A program made the position numbers and the translations under genes. A stretch of 64,000 bases of DNA. Origin: an uncultured Verrucomicrobiae bacterium. Its GTDB lineage: Bacteria; Verrucomicrobiota; Verrucomicrobiia; Limisphaerales; JAFGQR01. Numbering within the stretch: the stretch's first letter is position 1; every line of letters starts with the position of its first letter. Positions 1 to 9,845 of the stretch are shown here, piece by piece. The DNA lies in assembly GCA_963788655.1 (NCBI GenBank), contig CAWBHS010000002.1, forward strand, positions 1 to 64,000, written 5' to 3'. The notes beneath the pieces are model-generated. The model was given only the letters and a program-made list of their open reading frames with translations. It made no database searches and had not been told where the DNA came from.

Positions 1-1850
1 ATCACTCCTTCTGGGCAGACTGCGAATCTGAGCAATCCTCCATTTTCACTCGCTTTGCTAAAACCATCTCTGAGTTGCCTGAGTTTCGCGTCTTCCATTT
101 TGGCGATTATGACGCGGCTGCGATAAAGCAGGTCGCAGCGGATTTGCCCGACGGTCCACGCCAGCAGCTAAACGTCATTCTCAAGAATTGCGTCAACGTT
201 CTTTCTCTCGTTCATCCGCATGTGTATTTCCCGACGTACTCCAATAGCCTAAAGGACATCGGCCAATATCTCAGTGGTGAAACCTTTGGCGACAAAGTCA
301 CCGGTCTTGAAAGCATCATTTGGCGGCACGCCTGGGAAAAGGGAGGTGATGCCGGTCTGAAGGACGGACTTCTCGATTACAACAGAACCGACTGCCTGAT
401 GCTGAGAAAACTGACCGACTTCATTGCTCTGCAAACTTCACCAGCAAGTGAGGGTGAAAAGAATGAAAGCAAGGTCAGCCGCACGAGTGACTTGAGCATG
501 GCCCGACCACGGTGGCGGATGTTCGCTCAACGGGAGGTACACGCTCAAAGACTTGGAGCACGTCACAAAGTGTTCCTACTTCGATTATCAGCGTGAAAAA
601 GTCCTCGTCCGAACAGACCGTCAACTCAGGACTATCAACAAGAAGCACCGGAAGCTTCAGCGCACTAAATCTCGCCCAAACAAAATAGTCGAGCTGCACG
701 TCAAGAAATGCGTCGTCTGCCGGAGTAGAAAAGTCACGTCGCGGCGAGTTTGCGAACGCTGGCTATTCGATCTGAAATTCTCAAAGAGCGGAGTCAAGCG
801 ATGGATAACCCAAACCAAGTTTTCTCGGTACTATTGTTCAAAATGCGGTCGAGAACTCAGTACATGGCCTGGAGAGCGCCACCCCTCGAAGTACGGACAT
901 TCCTTGGTGACATGGTGCATCTATTGGCATGTGATTGGAGGTTTGAACATGCGTCGAGTGAACAGGTCGCTCGGTGATTTTTTCGGGTTGTTCGTACCCT
1001 GAAGCCGAAAGCCACCGATTCAAGGCCGATATGAAAGCGATGTACGAGCCACTTTACGCTGAAATCCAGGAAGCATTGCTTCGCGGCTCAATCCTCCACA
1101 TTGATGAAACCACTGTGAACTTACGTGGAAACGCAGCGGGTTATGTGTGGGTTCTCGCGACCACGGACAAGGTGTACTTCTTCTTCAGACCCTCGCGCGA
1201 AGGGGACTTTCTCGAGCAGATGCTCGCCCCCTTTCAAGGCGTCCTGATTTCCGACTTCTTCACGGCATATGATTCCATGCCGTGCCGACAGCAAAAGTGT
1301 CTGGCGCATTTAGTCAGGGACATCGACGAAGACCTCTTTCGGAATCCATTGGACGCCGAATTGAAGGGAATTGCTCAGAATTTTGGAACGTTGCTGAAAT
1401 CCGTTGTGGGGACAATTGACAAGTACGGTCTGAAAAACAGACACCTTCAAAAGCACAAGCGCGAGGTCCGCCGTTTTCTCGATTCCGTTGCGGCAACCGA
1501 TGTTAATTCCGAACTGGCGACCAAATACAAGAAGCGCTTCGAGAGAAGTGGTGCGAAAATGTTCACGTTTCTGGATTACGACGGAGTGCCTTGGAACAAC
1601 AACAGCGCCGAGCACGCCATTAAATTCTTTGCCAAGTTCCGACAACACGCAGACGGACGTTTCACCGAAAGTTCGCTCCGCGACTATCGCGTCTTGGCGA
1701 GTGTCTTCACGACCTGCGAGTTCAACAACGTGAATCCGCTCAAATTCCTCCTGTCAAAAGAAACCACATTGGACGGACTGTTACGCATGGCAGGGCGGAA
1801 GGCCCGGCCTTCAAACTTGCCGGACGATGATGCCGGAAACACGCTTGAGA
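1..1850 (+). mobile_element. TM0106-type RNase H-like nuclease domain followed by/fused to an IS66-family transposase; 5' end outside window, 2 frameshifts, 3' end ill-defined
   Basis: Frame from nt 3 reads HSFWAD...FHFGDYD...YFPTYSNSLKDIG...DYNRTDC (RNase_H_2-like). ORF 553-1002 has CxxC...CxxC. ORF 974+ has IS66 motifs HIDET, VLISD, QKCLAHLVR, NNNSAEHAIK. Visibly lower GC than the rest of the window. Confidence 0.8.
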
Positions 1851-1862
1851 CGCCGTCTTTCT

Positions 1863-1960
1863 GCCCTTACAGGGCTTGCTTAATTCTTCACTTCGTTACC
1901 CAGGGCGGCGCTTGTATCACTTCGCTTGTCCTGGGCTATTATCTTTCGGGCTTTCAGCCC
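1863..1960. repeat. Composite palindromic REP-like element with three hairpins
   Basis: GCCCT-tac-AGGGC (1863-1875), CCCAGGGC...GTCCTGGG (1899-1935), GGGCT-ttc-AGCCC (1948-1960). Confidence 0.65.
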
Positions 1961-1990
1961 TTTCATTTTGCAGCCCACTTACGTCGGCGG

Positions 1991-2153
1991 CTACGGATTG
2001 AAAAGCTTTTCCACCTTCGCCTTCACCGCGGCATCCATCTTGATGAGCGGCGGCCAGGGGCGTTTGAAGCCTTCGCCCGGCAGTTTCTTCGTCGCGTCAA
2101 TGCCCAGTTTGCTGCCGCTGGCGATTTCGCTGGTGGCGTGGTCGAGCACGTCG
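1991..2153 (-). pseudogene. Orphan ubiD 3' fragment no.1
   Basis: Encodes DVLDHATSEIASGSKLGIDATKKLPGEGFKRPWPPLIKMDAAVKAKVEKLFNP*, homologous to the C-terminus of 10924-12490; no start or 5' part. Confidence 0.92.
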
Positions 2154-2161
2154 ATGTTAAT

Positions 2162-2270
2162 TGTAGCAGCCGACGTGAGTCGGCTCACTATTTTTCCGAT
2201 CCGTTTTCCGATCCGTTTCGCTGGCATGGGCATGTCGTTATGTTTGAGCGGACTCACGTCCGCTGCTACA
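2162..2270. repeat. REPIN: inverted pair of GTAG-type REPs
   Basis: TGTAGCAGCCGACGTGAGTCGGCTC (2162-2186) and GAGCGGACTCACGTCCGCTGCTACA (2246-2270). Confidence 0.85.
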
Positions 2271-2272
2271 GG

Positions 2273-2887
2273 TCAAAATGACGGTCGAATGGTGCTGCGG
2301 GCATTTGCTGCCAGATTTGCGGAATAGATTTTCCAGAACGTCGGCCAGAAATCTTCCTCCATTGGATGCATGGCAGGGTAACCGGGGATGACCGCACCGC
2401 AGAAACTCCATTCCTTGAGATGCCCCACCAGACCTTCCTTCCGCGCGTTGTCGATGATGTAGAAGCAAACCTTGGCGAAAGCATTGCGTTTGCGTTGTTC
2501 GGCTCTCAAAACATGATCGTGCGCCTGGTGTTGGAAACGGTGCGGGCGCAATCTTGGTCCGAGGTGTTCACGCAGGAACTTCATCGCATTCTTTTGGTCC
2601 GTTTCGCGCCGCATTCCCATCCAGACCAGGTGAATATGATCCGGCATCAGGCAATAGGTTGGGCAGAAGAGTCCCTCGCGGGCTGCGGCGTGGAGCATGA
2701 CTTCACGACAGTGGGCGTGAAACGCGTCGTTCAGCCACCCAGTGCCACGCAGGGTGATGGGCATGGTCCAATGAACGACCGCATCGGCCTGGTAATATTC
2801 GCGCGGCAGACGTTGCAGGTAGAAACACCGATTTGTGCCTGAACCGCTGGAAGGTTTTGCGGCTTCAGGTTGATCGGATGGTTTCAT
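2273..2887 (-). CDS. REP-associated tyrosine transposase (Y1/HUH, RAYT-like)
   Basis: YCLMPDHIHL (HUH), HDHVLR, YIIDN (catalytic Tyr); flanked by GTAG REPs. Confidence 0.85.
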   Translation of the reverse strand: MKPSDQPEAAKPSSGSGTNRCFYLQRLPREYYQADAVVHWTMPITLRGTGWLNDAFHAHCREVMLHAAAREGLFCPTYCLMPDHIHLVWMGMRRETDQKNAMKFLREHLGPRLRPHRFQHQAHDHVLRAEQRKRNAFAKVCFYIIDNARKEGLVGHLKEWSFCGAVIPGYPAMHPMEEDFWPTFWKIYSANLAANARSTIRPSF

Positions 2888-2894
2888 TTAGTCA

Positions 2895-2922
2895 GAGCGG
2901 ACTCACGTCCGCTGCTACAGGT
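2895..2922 (-). repeat. GTAG-type REP; identical 28-bp direct repeat of 2246-2273
   Basis: GAGCGGACTCACGTCCGCTGCTACAGGT at both positions. Confidence 0.9.
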
Positions 2923-3638
2923 TGAGAATTTTCGCCATGCGCGCTTTCACGCTTTCATCCATGCGAATCAGCGGCGGCCAGGGGCGTTTGAAACCTTCGC
3001 CCGGCATTTTCTTCGTCGCGTCAATGCCGAGTTTGCTGCCGCTGGCGATTTCGCTGGTGGCGTGGTCGAGCACGTCGGACGGGCCTTTGGTGAAGATGCT
3101 GTCGCGTTGCGGATCGGTGTTGGCGCAGAGGCGGAAGAGGACTTCGCTGGTGTTGTGCACGTCCACGTCGTCGTCCACCACCATGATGTATTTGGTGAAC
3201 ATCATCTGGCCCATAGCCCCAGAGGCCATGCATGATTTTGTAGGCTTGCATCGGGTAGGTCTTCCGGATGCTCACGAAGACGAGGTTGTGGAAGACGCCT
3301 TCCGCCGGCAGCGCGATGTCCACGATCTCGGGGAAGTTCATCTTGAAGATGGGCAGGAAGAGTTTCACGGACGCGCCGCCGATGTAGAAGTCTTCCATCG
3401 GCGGGATGCCGACGATGGTGGCGGGATAAATGGCGTCTTTGCGATGCGTGATGGCGGTGACGTGGAAAACCGGATACGGCTCGCCCCGTGGAATACCTCC
3501 ATCTGCAGCTTCCAGCCGGGAATCACACATTATTTCACGGGGCGAGGGCAACGTGTAATAGCCGGTGTGGTCGCCGAACGGACCTTCGTCGCGCAGCGGT
3601 TCGGTCGGATCAAAGTAGCCCTCGATGACGCAGTCGGC
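2915..3638 (-). pseudogene. Orphan ubiD 3' fragment no.2 (~3' half of gene, with a 63-bp palindromic insertion)
   Basis: Runs from about [28 protein letters not shown] to ...PPLIRMDESVKARMAKILNL*; nearly identical to 11130-11590. Confidence 0.92.
3481..3545. repeat. MITE-like palindromic insertion (CCCCGTG family)
   Basis: TCGCCCCGTGGAATA...TATTTCACGGGGCGA; absent at the equivalent site of full ubiD (~11496). Confidence 0.85.
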
Positions 3639-3707
3639 CTGCCTTGCCGAAGCCTTGTGCGAAGGCAGGCGTTGGACAAAACGGTATTCAATTCGGACAA
3701 AATGTTT

Positions 3708-4103
3708 TCATGCCCGCAACTCAATAAGCTTCTCTCCCTGCTCCAATCGTTTCACAGCGTCGGGCCAGAGCGGTTCGAGCCATGCGAGCAACGCCCGGTT
3801 CGAACAATTTCCTTTCCGAATCCAGACCAAGGGGACCGGTTGGTTGCTCAAGAGCCAATGGTCCACAAAATCTTCGTCCTTGCTGATTATGACGGCCTGG
3901 TCGCTTCGGGCACGTTCCCAAATGACCGGATCGTCAGCGGTGTGGAATCCCAAGTCGAAGACATGCGTGGCTTGATGACCTTGGCTGGCAATCCATCGCG
4001 CCAGCGCGGGCGGGAGTTGCGCATCAATGAGGAAGTGGATGTTCTTTCTTTCCGGCAAAGACCGTAAGTATTCCTCCGGATCGATATCGTCTGGGTCTGT
4101 CAC
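3708..4103 (-). CDS. DUF5615 PIN-like toxin
   Basis: FLIDAQLP...ATHVFDLG...ADDPVIW...IISKDEDF; start overlaps the antitoxin stop (GTGA). Confidence 0.85.
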   Translation of the reverse strand: MTDPDDIDPEEYLRSLPERKNIHFLIDAQLPPALARWIASQGHQATHVFDLGFHTADDPVIWERARSDQAVIISKDEDFVDHWLLSNQPVPLVWIRKGNCSNRALLAWLEPLWPDAVKRLEQGEKLIELRA

Positions 4104-4324
4104 GTTGGTTGCAGAACCGCGTGATCAGACTGCCGGGCGGCATAGGCTAGCGCAGCTTTGATGTCATCCGGCTCAAGATAAGGAAAATCCTTCAGGATTT
4201 CCTCATGCGGCACGCCTTCGGCCAGCATTCCGAGAATGTCTGTGACGCGGATGCGCATCCCGCGAATGCAGGGCCGACCGCCACACTTGCCTGGTTCGAC
4301 TGTGATGCGTTCTAAAAGCTTCAT
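4100..4324 (-). CDS. DUF433 antitoxin
   Basis: [31 protein letters not shown]...[21 protein letters not shown] at 4324. Confidence 0.9.
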   Translation of the reverse strand: MKLLERITVEPGKCGGRPCIRGMRIRVTDILGMLAEGVPHEEILKDFPYLEPDDIKAALAYAARQSDHAVLQPT

Positions 4325-4371
4325 GCGCGCAAAATACTCCAGCGCGCTCCGCGCAACAAGCCCACAAAGAA

Positions 4372-4648
4372 GCGTCTTTGCGATGCGTGATGGCGGTGAC
4401 GTGGAAAACCGGATACGGCTCGCCCCGTGGAATACCTCCATCTGCAGCTTCCAGCCGGGAATCACACATTATTCCACGGGGCGAGGGCAACGTGTAGTAG
4501 CCGGTGTGATCGCCGAACGGGCCTTCGTCGCGCAGCGGCTCAGTCGGGTCAACGTAGCCTTCGATGACGAAGTCAACCTGTCGCGCCGAAGCCTTGTGCG
4601 AGGCAGACGTTGGGCAAAACGGTTTTCAATTCGGGCAAAATGTTTTCA
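4372..4648 (-). pseudogene. Orphan ubiD internal fragment no.3 plus leader; direct repeat of 3433-3710
   Basis: [30 protein letters not shown][insert][17 protein letters not shown]; carries the same two palindromic insertions and 40-bp leader as fragment 2. Confidence 0.9.
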
Positions 4649-6440
4649 AGTCCCGGCCAACCTCGCGGGACAGAACCCGCGCCCCGCAAAAACGCATCCT
4701 CCCCAGTGCGTGGAACGCCGCTTCAGCGGAGGTTCTCCGCCATGCATACCTACCGCGCCCGCAACCCGCGCCGCTCGCCCCTCTGGCAATGCGCCCGCCG
4801 GCACTTCGCCGAGTTTGTCGCAACCTACCCGCAAGACTACCAGCCCCGCCTCGGCCCCCTGCGCCCTGTCATCCCCCAGGTCGTCCATAAATTCCTCGAC
4901 TGCGGCAACCTCGACCGCGGCTTCGCCCGCATCCGCTGCGACCACTGCCGCCATGAATATCTTCTGGCCTTCTCGTGTAAGAGCCGCTGGTTCTGCCCCT
5001 CCTGTCACCAGAAGAACGTCTAGACCACCGCCGCCTTCCTCACCGCCCGCGTCCTGGCCCCCGTGCCCCACCGCCATTACGTCCTGGCGATTCCGAAAAT
5101 GCTCCGCCCCTATTTCCAGCGGCACCGCCGCCTCCTCAAATGCCTCTGCGCCCTCGCCCACCAGAGCCTCACCGCATACCTCCGCGCCGCCGCTGCTCCC
5201 TCGCCCCCATCGGGGGAGAGGGCCGGGGTGAGGGGGCAAAACGATTCCTTCCACCCCGCCCTCATTCTCACCCTTCACACCTTTGGCGAATACCTCGACT
5301 TCCATCCGCATGTCCACGCCCTCGTGGCCGACGGCCTCTTCACCCGCGACGGCACGTTCCACCCGCTGCCACCGTTGCCGCTCAAGGCGCTGGAAGAACT
5401 CTTCCGCGCCCATGTCCTCAAATTCCTCGTCACCCTGAAACTCCTCCCGCCCGAGCGCGTCCAAGTTCTCCACTCCTGGAAACACTCCGGCTTCAACGTC
5501 CACCACGGCGAACCCGTCCTGCCCGAAAACAAGGCCGAACTCGCACAACTCGCCCAATACATCCTGAGAAACCCCTTCTCCGTGAAAAAGATGACCCTGG
5601 AATCCCCCACCGACACCGTCATCTACCGCTCCCGGTTGAATCCCAAAATCAACCGCAACTTCGAGGTCTTCACCCCCACCGATTTCCTGGCCGCCATCAC
5701 CCAGCACATCCCGGACAAAGGCGCGCAAATGGTCCGCTACTACGGCTGGTATTCCAACAAAATGCGTGGCCAGCGCCACCGCGCCCAAAATGGCGGCGCG
5801 GCCTCCGTCCCCTTGCGTCCGCCCAGCACCCCGCCGCCGCCCGCCAAACTCCCCTCCAAAAAGTGGCGCGACCTCATCCTGCAAGTCTGGCACACCGACC
5901 CGCTCATCTGCCCGCAATGCCAGCATCCGATGCGCGTGATCGCCGTCATTGACCAGCGCGAAGTCGTGGAGAAAATCCTCCGCCACCTCGGCCTCTGGAA
6001 TGGCACGCCCTTGCTGGCCCCGGCGCGCGCCCCGCCAGAGGCCGACGCCGGGCCATGGACCCGCTTGCCCCATGAGATGAAGCAAGCTATCTCACAGGGC
6101 GAGCCGTGCGACGACGTGGACCCCATGCCCGACTACGAAAACGTCCTCAGCGACTGAGGGCGAATCACCCGCCAGAGTGCTTTTTCCGCCGAACCCCAAC
6201 GACGGTGCGCCGGTGGGGTCTGCCCAGCGCCAGCCGCTGCCGGCCCGTTTTTCGCTGAAGCCCCCCGGCGGACGCCCGCCCGGCCGCGGCCACGACCGCG
6301 CCCTTCGCCGAACCAGCGAAAAAGCCTAAAAACGTGGTTGACACCCGCGCCCGCCGGCAGAAAATGGCTGGAAATGAACCCGACGCAAAAGCAATTCTCC
6401 CTGAACCGCGGAGCGTCAAAAAAGCAAATTCCTATCAGTT
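4649..6440 (+). mobile_element. IS91-like (Y2, rolling-circle) element; boundaries inferred
   Basis: Left boundary where the 277-bp repeat ends (hairpin GTCCCG...CGGGAC at 4650-4671). Right boundary near AAAGCAAATTCCTATCAGTT, where agarase-like coding begins. Confidence 0.6.
4742..6157 (+). pseudogene. IS91-family transposase with in-frame TAG at 5021-5023
   Basis: Zn-binding FLDCG...CDHC...FSCKSRWFCPSC, HUH motif HPHVH, YILR, VRYYGWYSN, C-terminal CPQC. ORFs 4610-5023 and 5063-6157 are in one frame. Confidence 0.88.
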
Positions 6441-8220
6441 TAATCCCGGGGCGGATGGCACGAGGCATTGTGTCACTGGTTCCTTGAGCCTGGATCCTGG
6501 CAAATCCGGCACCCTAAAAGTCGTGCTAAAACGCACAGCATCGGACAAACTGGATGGCAAACTGTTTGGCATGCGAGGCTATCCCGTTTCCGCCGGCGGA
6601 CCGGGCACCGTGGATGCCGCCCACATCACACAAGTGCTTTGCTTTGTAAACAAACCCGCCGTGGACCAGGTATTCGAAATCGATGATCTGCGGGCAGGAG
6701 GCAGTTACACCCCTCCCACCGCGTGGGTGACGGACGCCGATCCGTTTATTCCGTTCATTGACACGTTCGGTCAATACCAGCACAAAGACTGGCCGGGCAA
6801 AGTGCATTCATTGGCTGAATTGCAACAACGTCGAACGCGGGAGGCCGAAGAAATCGCCGCGCATTCCAGTCCGGACCAATGGTGCGAATACGGCGGGTGG
6901 ACCGGCGGCCCTCAACTCAAGGCCACCGGATTCTTTCGGACCGAAAAGCATCGCGGCAAATGGTGGCTCGTGGATCCGCACGGCCATTTGTTCTGGTCAC
7001 ATGGCATTGATTGCGTGCGCATGATCGACACCACACCGGTGGAAGAACGGCTCAATTGGTTTATAAACTTTCCCGGTGGTCAACCGGAGTTCAAAGAGTT
7101 CCTCACCCGCGGCTACACCTTGAAAGGACATTACGAGGGTCGCCGTCCCGAATGTTTTTCGTTTGCCGCTGCGAACATGAAACGCAAATACGGCCCGGAA
7201 TGGCAACAAGCGCATGCCTCAACAGCGCACCAGCGCCTCCGCAGTTGGGGATTGAACACCATCGCGAATTGGTCGTCATCCGAGGTGTTTCTCATGCGAC
7301 GCACCCCCTACACGGACAACCTGGGATCGCGTGGTGCAACCATGATCGCCGGCAGCGAGGGGTATTGGGGGAAGTTCCCGGATGTGTATGATCGAAGTTT
7401 CGCCGAAGGCATCCGCCGCCGCATGGAACGTAAGCAAGGCGGCACGGCCAATGATCCCTGGTGCCTGGGTTACTTCTCTGATAATGAAATGTCCTGGGGC
7501 AATGAAACGTCGTTGTCACTTGCCGCGCTGAGATCCCCGGCCGACCAAGCGGCCAAAAAGGAATTCGTGGCGGATCTCAAAGCCAAGTATCAAGACATCA
7601 GCAAATTGAATGCGGCCTGGAGAACCGCGCACGACTCCTGGGAGGCGCTCCTGGAATCGCGGGATATCCCCGACCAAAAGAAGGCCCATCCGGATCTCAC
7701 TGCCTTCTACACCAAAACCGCCAAGTCCTACTTCCGAATCGTGCGCGAGGCGATCAAATCCGTGGCGCCCCATCAGCTTTACCTCGGATGCCGCTTCGCC
7801 TGGGTGAACGAACTGGCCGCCCAGGCGGCGGCGGATTATTGCGATGTCGTCAGCTACAATCTCTACCGGCGCGAAGTGGCGGACTTCCAATACCCGGGCG
7901 GTGACAAGCCACTCATAATTGGTGAGTTCCATTTTGGCGCATTGGATCGCGGGCTGTTCCACACCGGACTGGTGCCGGTGGAGAACCAGGCGGCGCGGGC
8001 GCAAGCTTACAAGGACTACGTTCTCGGCGCGGTCAAGCATCCGCAGTTTGTCGGCACGCACTGGTTTCAATGGAAAGACGAACCCACGACGGGCCGCGTG
8101 TATGATGAAGAGAATTACCAAATCGGCTTTCTGGATGTCGCCGATACGCCCTATCCCGAAATGATCCAGGTCAGTCGTGACGTGGCGGATCAGTTGTACC
8201 CATTGCGGCTCGCCCCCTAG
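6441..8220 (+). CDS. Beta-agarase-like (GH50/GH42-like) glycoside hydrolase, 5'-truncated
   Basis: FIDTFGQY, ATGFFRTEK...WWLVDP, WGLNTIANWS, GYFSDNE, IIGEFHFGALDRG, GTHWFQ; no signal peptide, the N-terminus of ORF 6334 is IS DNA. Confidence 0.8.
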
Positions 8221-8297
8221 CCCTAAAACAAGCGAGTGATCAGTGATCAGTGACCACTGCCAGATAAACACCGATGTTCGTCCCTCCCTGAATCATT

Positions 8298-9647
8298 ATG
8301 GCGAAATGCATTTTAATCGGCTTCCTGCCACCCGTGGGGGGCTTACCCAAAACGGAAGAATTCTTTGATTACCACGAAGCTCTCATAAACACCGGAGACA
8401 TTGCGTATACCCTGGCGGGCACGCTGCTGGCCGCGGGAAAGAATCATACCGCCTGGAACTTCAGCGCCAGTGCGGAAATCGTGAACGAACATTTCTCGCA
8501 CGTCGTTTTCTTCCTGCCCTGCCGGATCGCCGAGCCACCGTTCCATCTGGATGGTTATCCCTATGCGATGGTCACCGAATTCATCGAGAACCTGAAAATT
8601 CCGTTCACGTCAGTTACCGAATCCATTCAATCGAGCTCCTTCGAATATCAATCGGATTTTCATAAACGACTGGCGCCGGAAGTTGTTCGGTATCTCAAGG
8701 TCATGGCGGACAAATCTCAAATTGTGGGCACCCGCGGCGAGTATTCGGCGGAGGTGCTGAATAAATTGGGCATAACCAATGTTGAACCGGTTGGTTGTCC
8801 TTCCCTGTTTATCAATGGCCCGGCGCTGAATGCTTCGCTCCTGGATAAGAAACCGTTCCGGGATCTGAAGAACATTGCCGTCACCTATTCCAACTATCAA
8901 ATGGGCGAATGCTCGCTTATCCGGGACATACTATCGCTGGCGGTGGCCCACGATTATTATTACGTGGAGCAAAGTTCGAATCTCGTTCCCAAACTGCTCT
9001 ATTATCCGCATAAAATCGAAGCCGCCGATTTCCTGAAGGCCCACCAATGGTATGGCGGACTGGATCAATTGCGCGCCTTGTTCAATCAGAACAAGATTCG
9101 GTATTTTACGAATTACCAGAATTGGAAGGACTTTCTCAGTCAGATGGATTTTGTGTTTGGCGCGCGCATGCATGGACACACCCCGGCCCTGCAATCCGGG
9201 GTTCCTGCTTATTTCATTTCCCATGACAGTCGCACCCGGGAAATGTTTGAATTGTTTAAATTGCCCTTCGCCTCGGAACATAGTTTTTCCGGCACCGGTT
9301 TCAACGCCGAAGATATCTACGAGCGCACGGATTACCACGAAACCGTAAAAGTCTATCCCGAGCGGTATCGAAACTTCATTCGTTTCCTGTCCCGCAACCG
9401 GCTTACCCCGAATTGCAATGAGGATCTGTCGATCAGGGAAACCATCGACGGCAGCCCCTCACCGGGCGTCGAAATGGAAACCAATCCCGCCACCGACAGT
9501 GAGATTAATCAGCGGTTCGCGAACGTGATCTTTAATCTCGGGCAATCCATCGCGCAACAAGGTAAGGTGGATGGATATGAACGTCTCGTCGAAACCTGCG
9601 GTCGTCTCTGGCGGGCGAACTCCAGGCGGATGCTTCGGATTAGATGA
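8298..9647 (+). CDS. Polysaccharide pyruvyl transferase family protein
   Basis: NTGD, VGTRGEYS, VGCPS, FGARMHG, HDSRTREM motifs; more AT-rich than the core genes. Confidence 0.75.
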   Translation: MAKCILIGFLPPVGGLPKTEEFFDYHEALINTGDIAYTLAGTLLAAGKNHTAWNFSASAEIVNEHFSHVVFFLPCRIAEPPFHLDGYPYAMVTEFIENLKIPFTSVTESIQSSSFEYQSDFHKRLAPEVVRYLKVMADKSQIVGTRGEYSAEVLNKLGITNVEPVGCPSLFINGPALNASLLDKKPFRDLKNIAVTYSNYQMGECSLIRDILSLAVAHDYYYVEQSSNLVPKLLYYPHKIEAADFLKAHQWYGGLDQLRALFNQNKIRYFTNYQNWKDFLSQMDFVFGARMHGHTPALQSGVPAYFISHDSRTREMFELFKLPFASEHSFSGTGFNAEDIYERTDYHETVKVYPERYRNFIRFLSRNRLTPNCNEDLSIRETIDGSPSPGVEMETNPATDSEINQRFANVIFNLGQSIAQQGKVDGYERLVETCGRLWRANSRRMLRIR

Positions 9648-9671
9648 ACGAGTTTCTGACAGTGAAGTGAA

Positions 9672-9816
9672 TGAAGGGGTCGTGAAGGGGTCGTGAAGGG
9701 GTCGGTCCTCACTATTGACACCAGTGCGCGGTGGCTGGCACTCTCCTGAAGGGGTCGTAAAGGGAAGGGGTCGGTTCTTGATATTGACATAAAGGGGTCG
9801 GTTCTTGATATTGACA
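9672..9816 (+). repeat. Iterated left-end repeats of a Y1 element (GGGGTCGGTTCTTGATATTGACA) and TGAAGGGGTCG units
   Basis: Copies at 9767-9789 and 9794-9816, variant at 9698-9720; TGAAGGGGTCG x3 at 9672-9704 and again at 9747. Confidence 0.85.
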
Positions 9817-9845
9817 TATAACCGGATGACAGGCACTCTCCCGGC

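Noticed and set aside
1850..2281. C-terminal ~140 aa of ORF 974-2281 as part of the transposase
   Set aside because: It is read-through across a palindromic repeat, antisense ubiD fragment 1 and a REPIN.
5021..5023. In-frame TAG in the IS91 transposase as stop-codon recoding
   Set aside because: TAG is a normal terminator for many genes here; a single CAG-to-TAG change or base error is simpler.
9672..9816. Possible CRISPR array
   Set aside because: Only 2-3 copies with irregular 4-46 bp spacing, an inverted copy after the transposase, and no cas genes.
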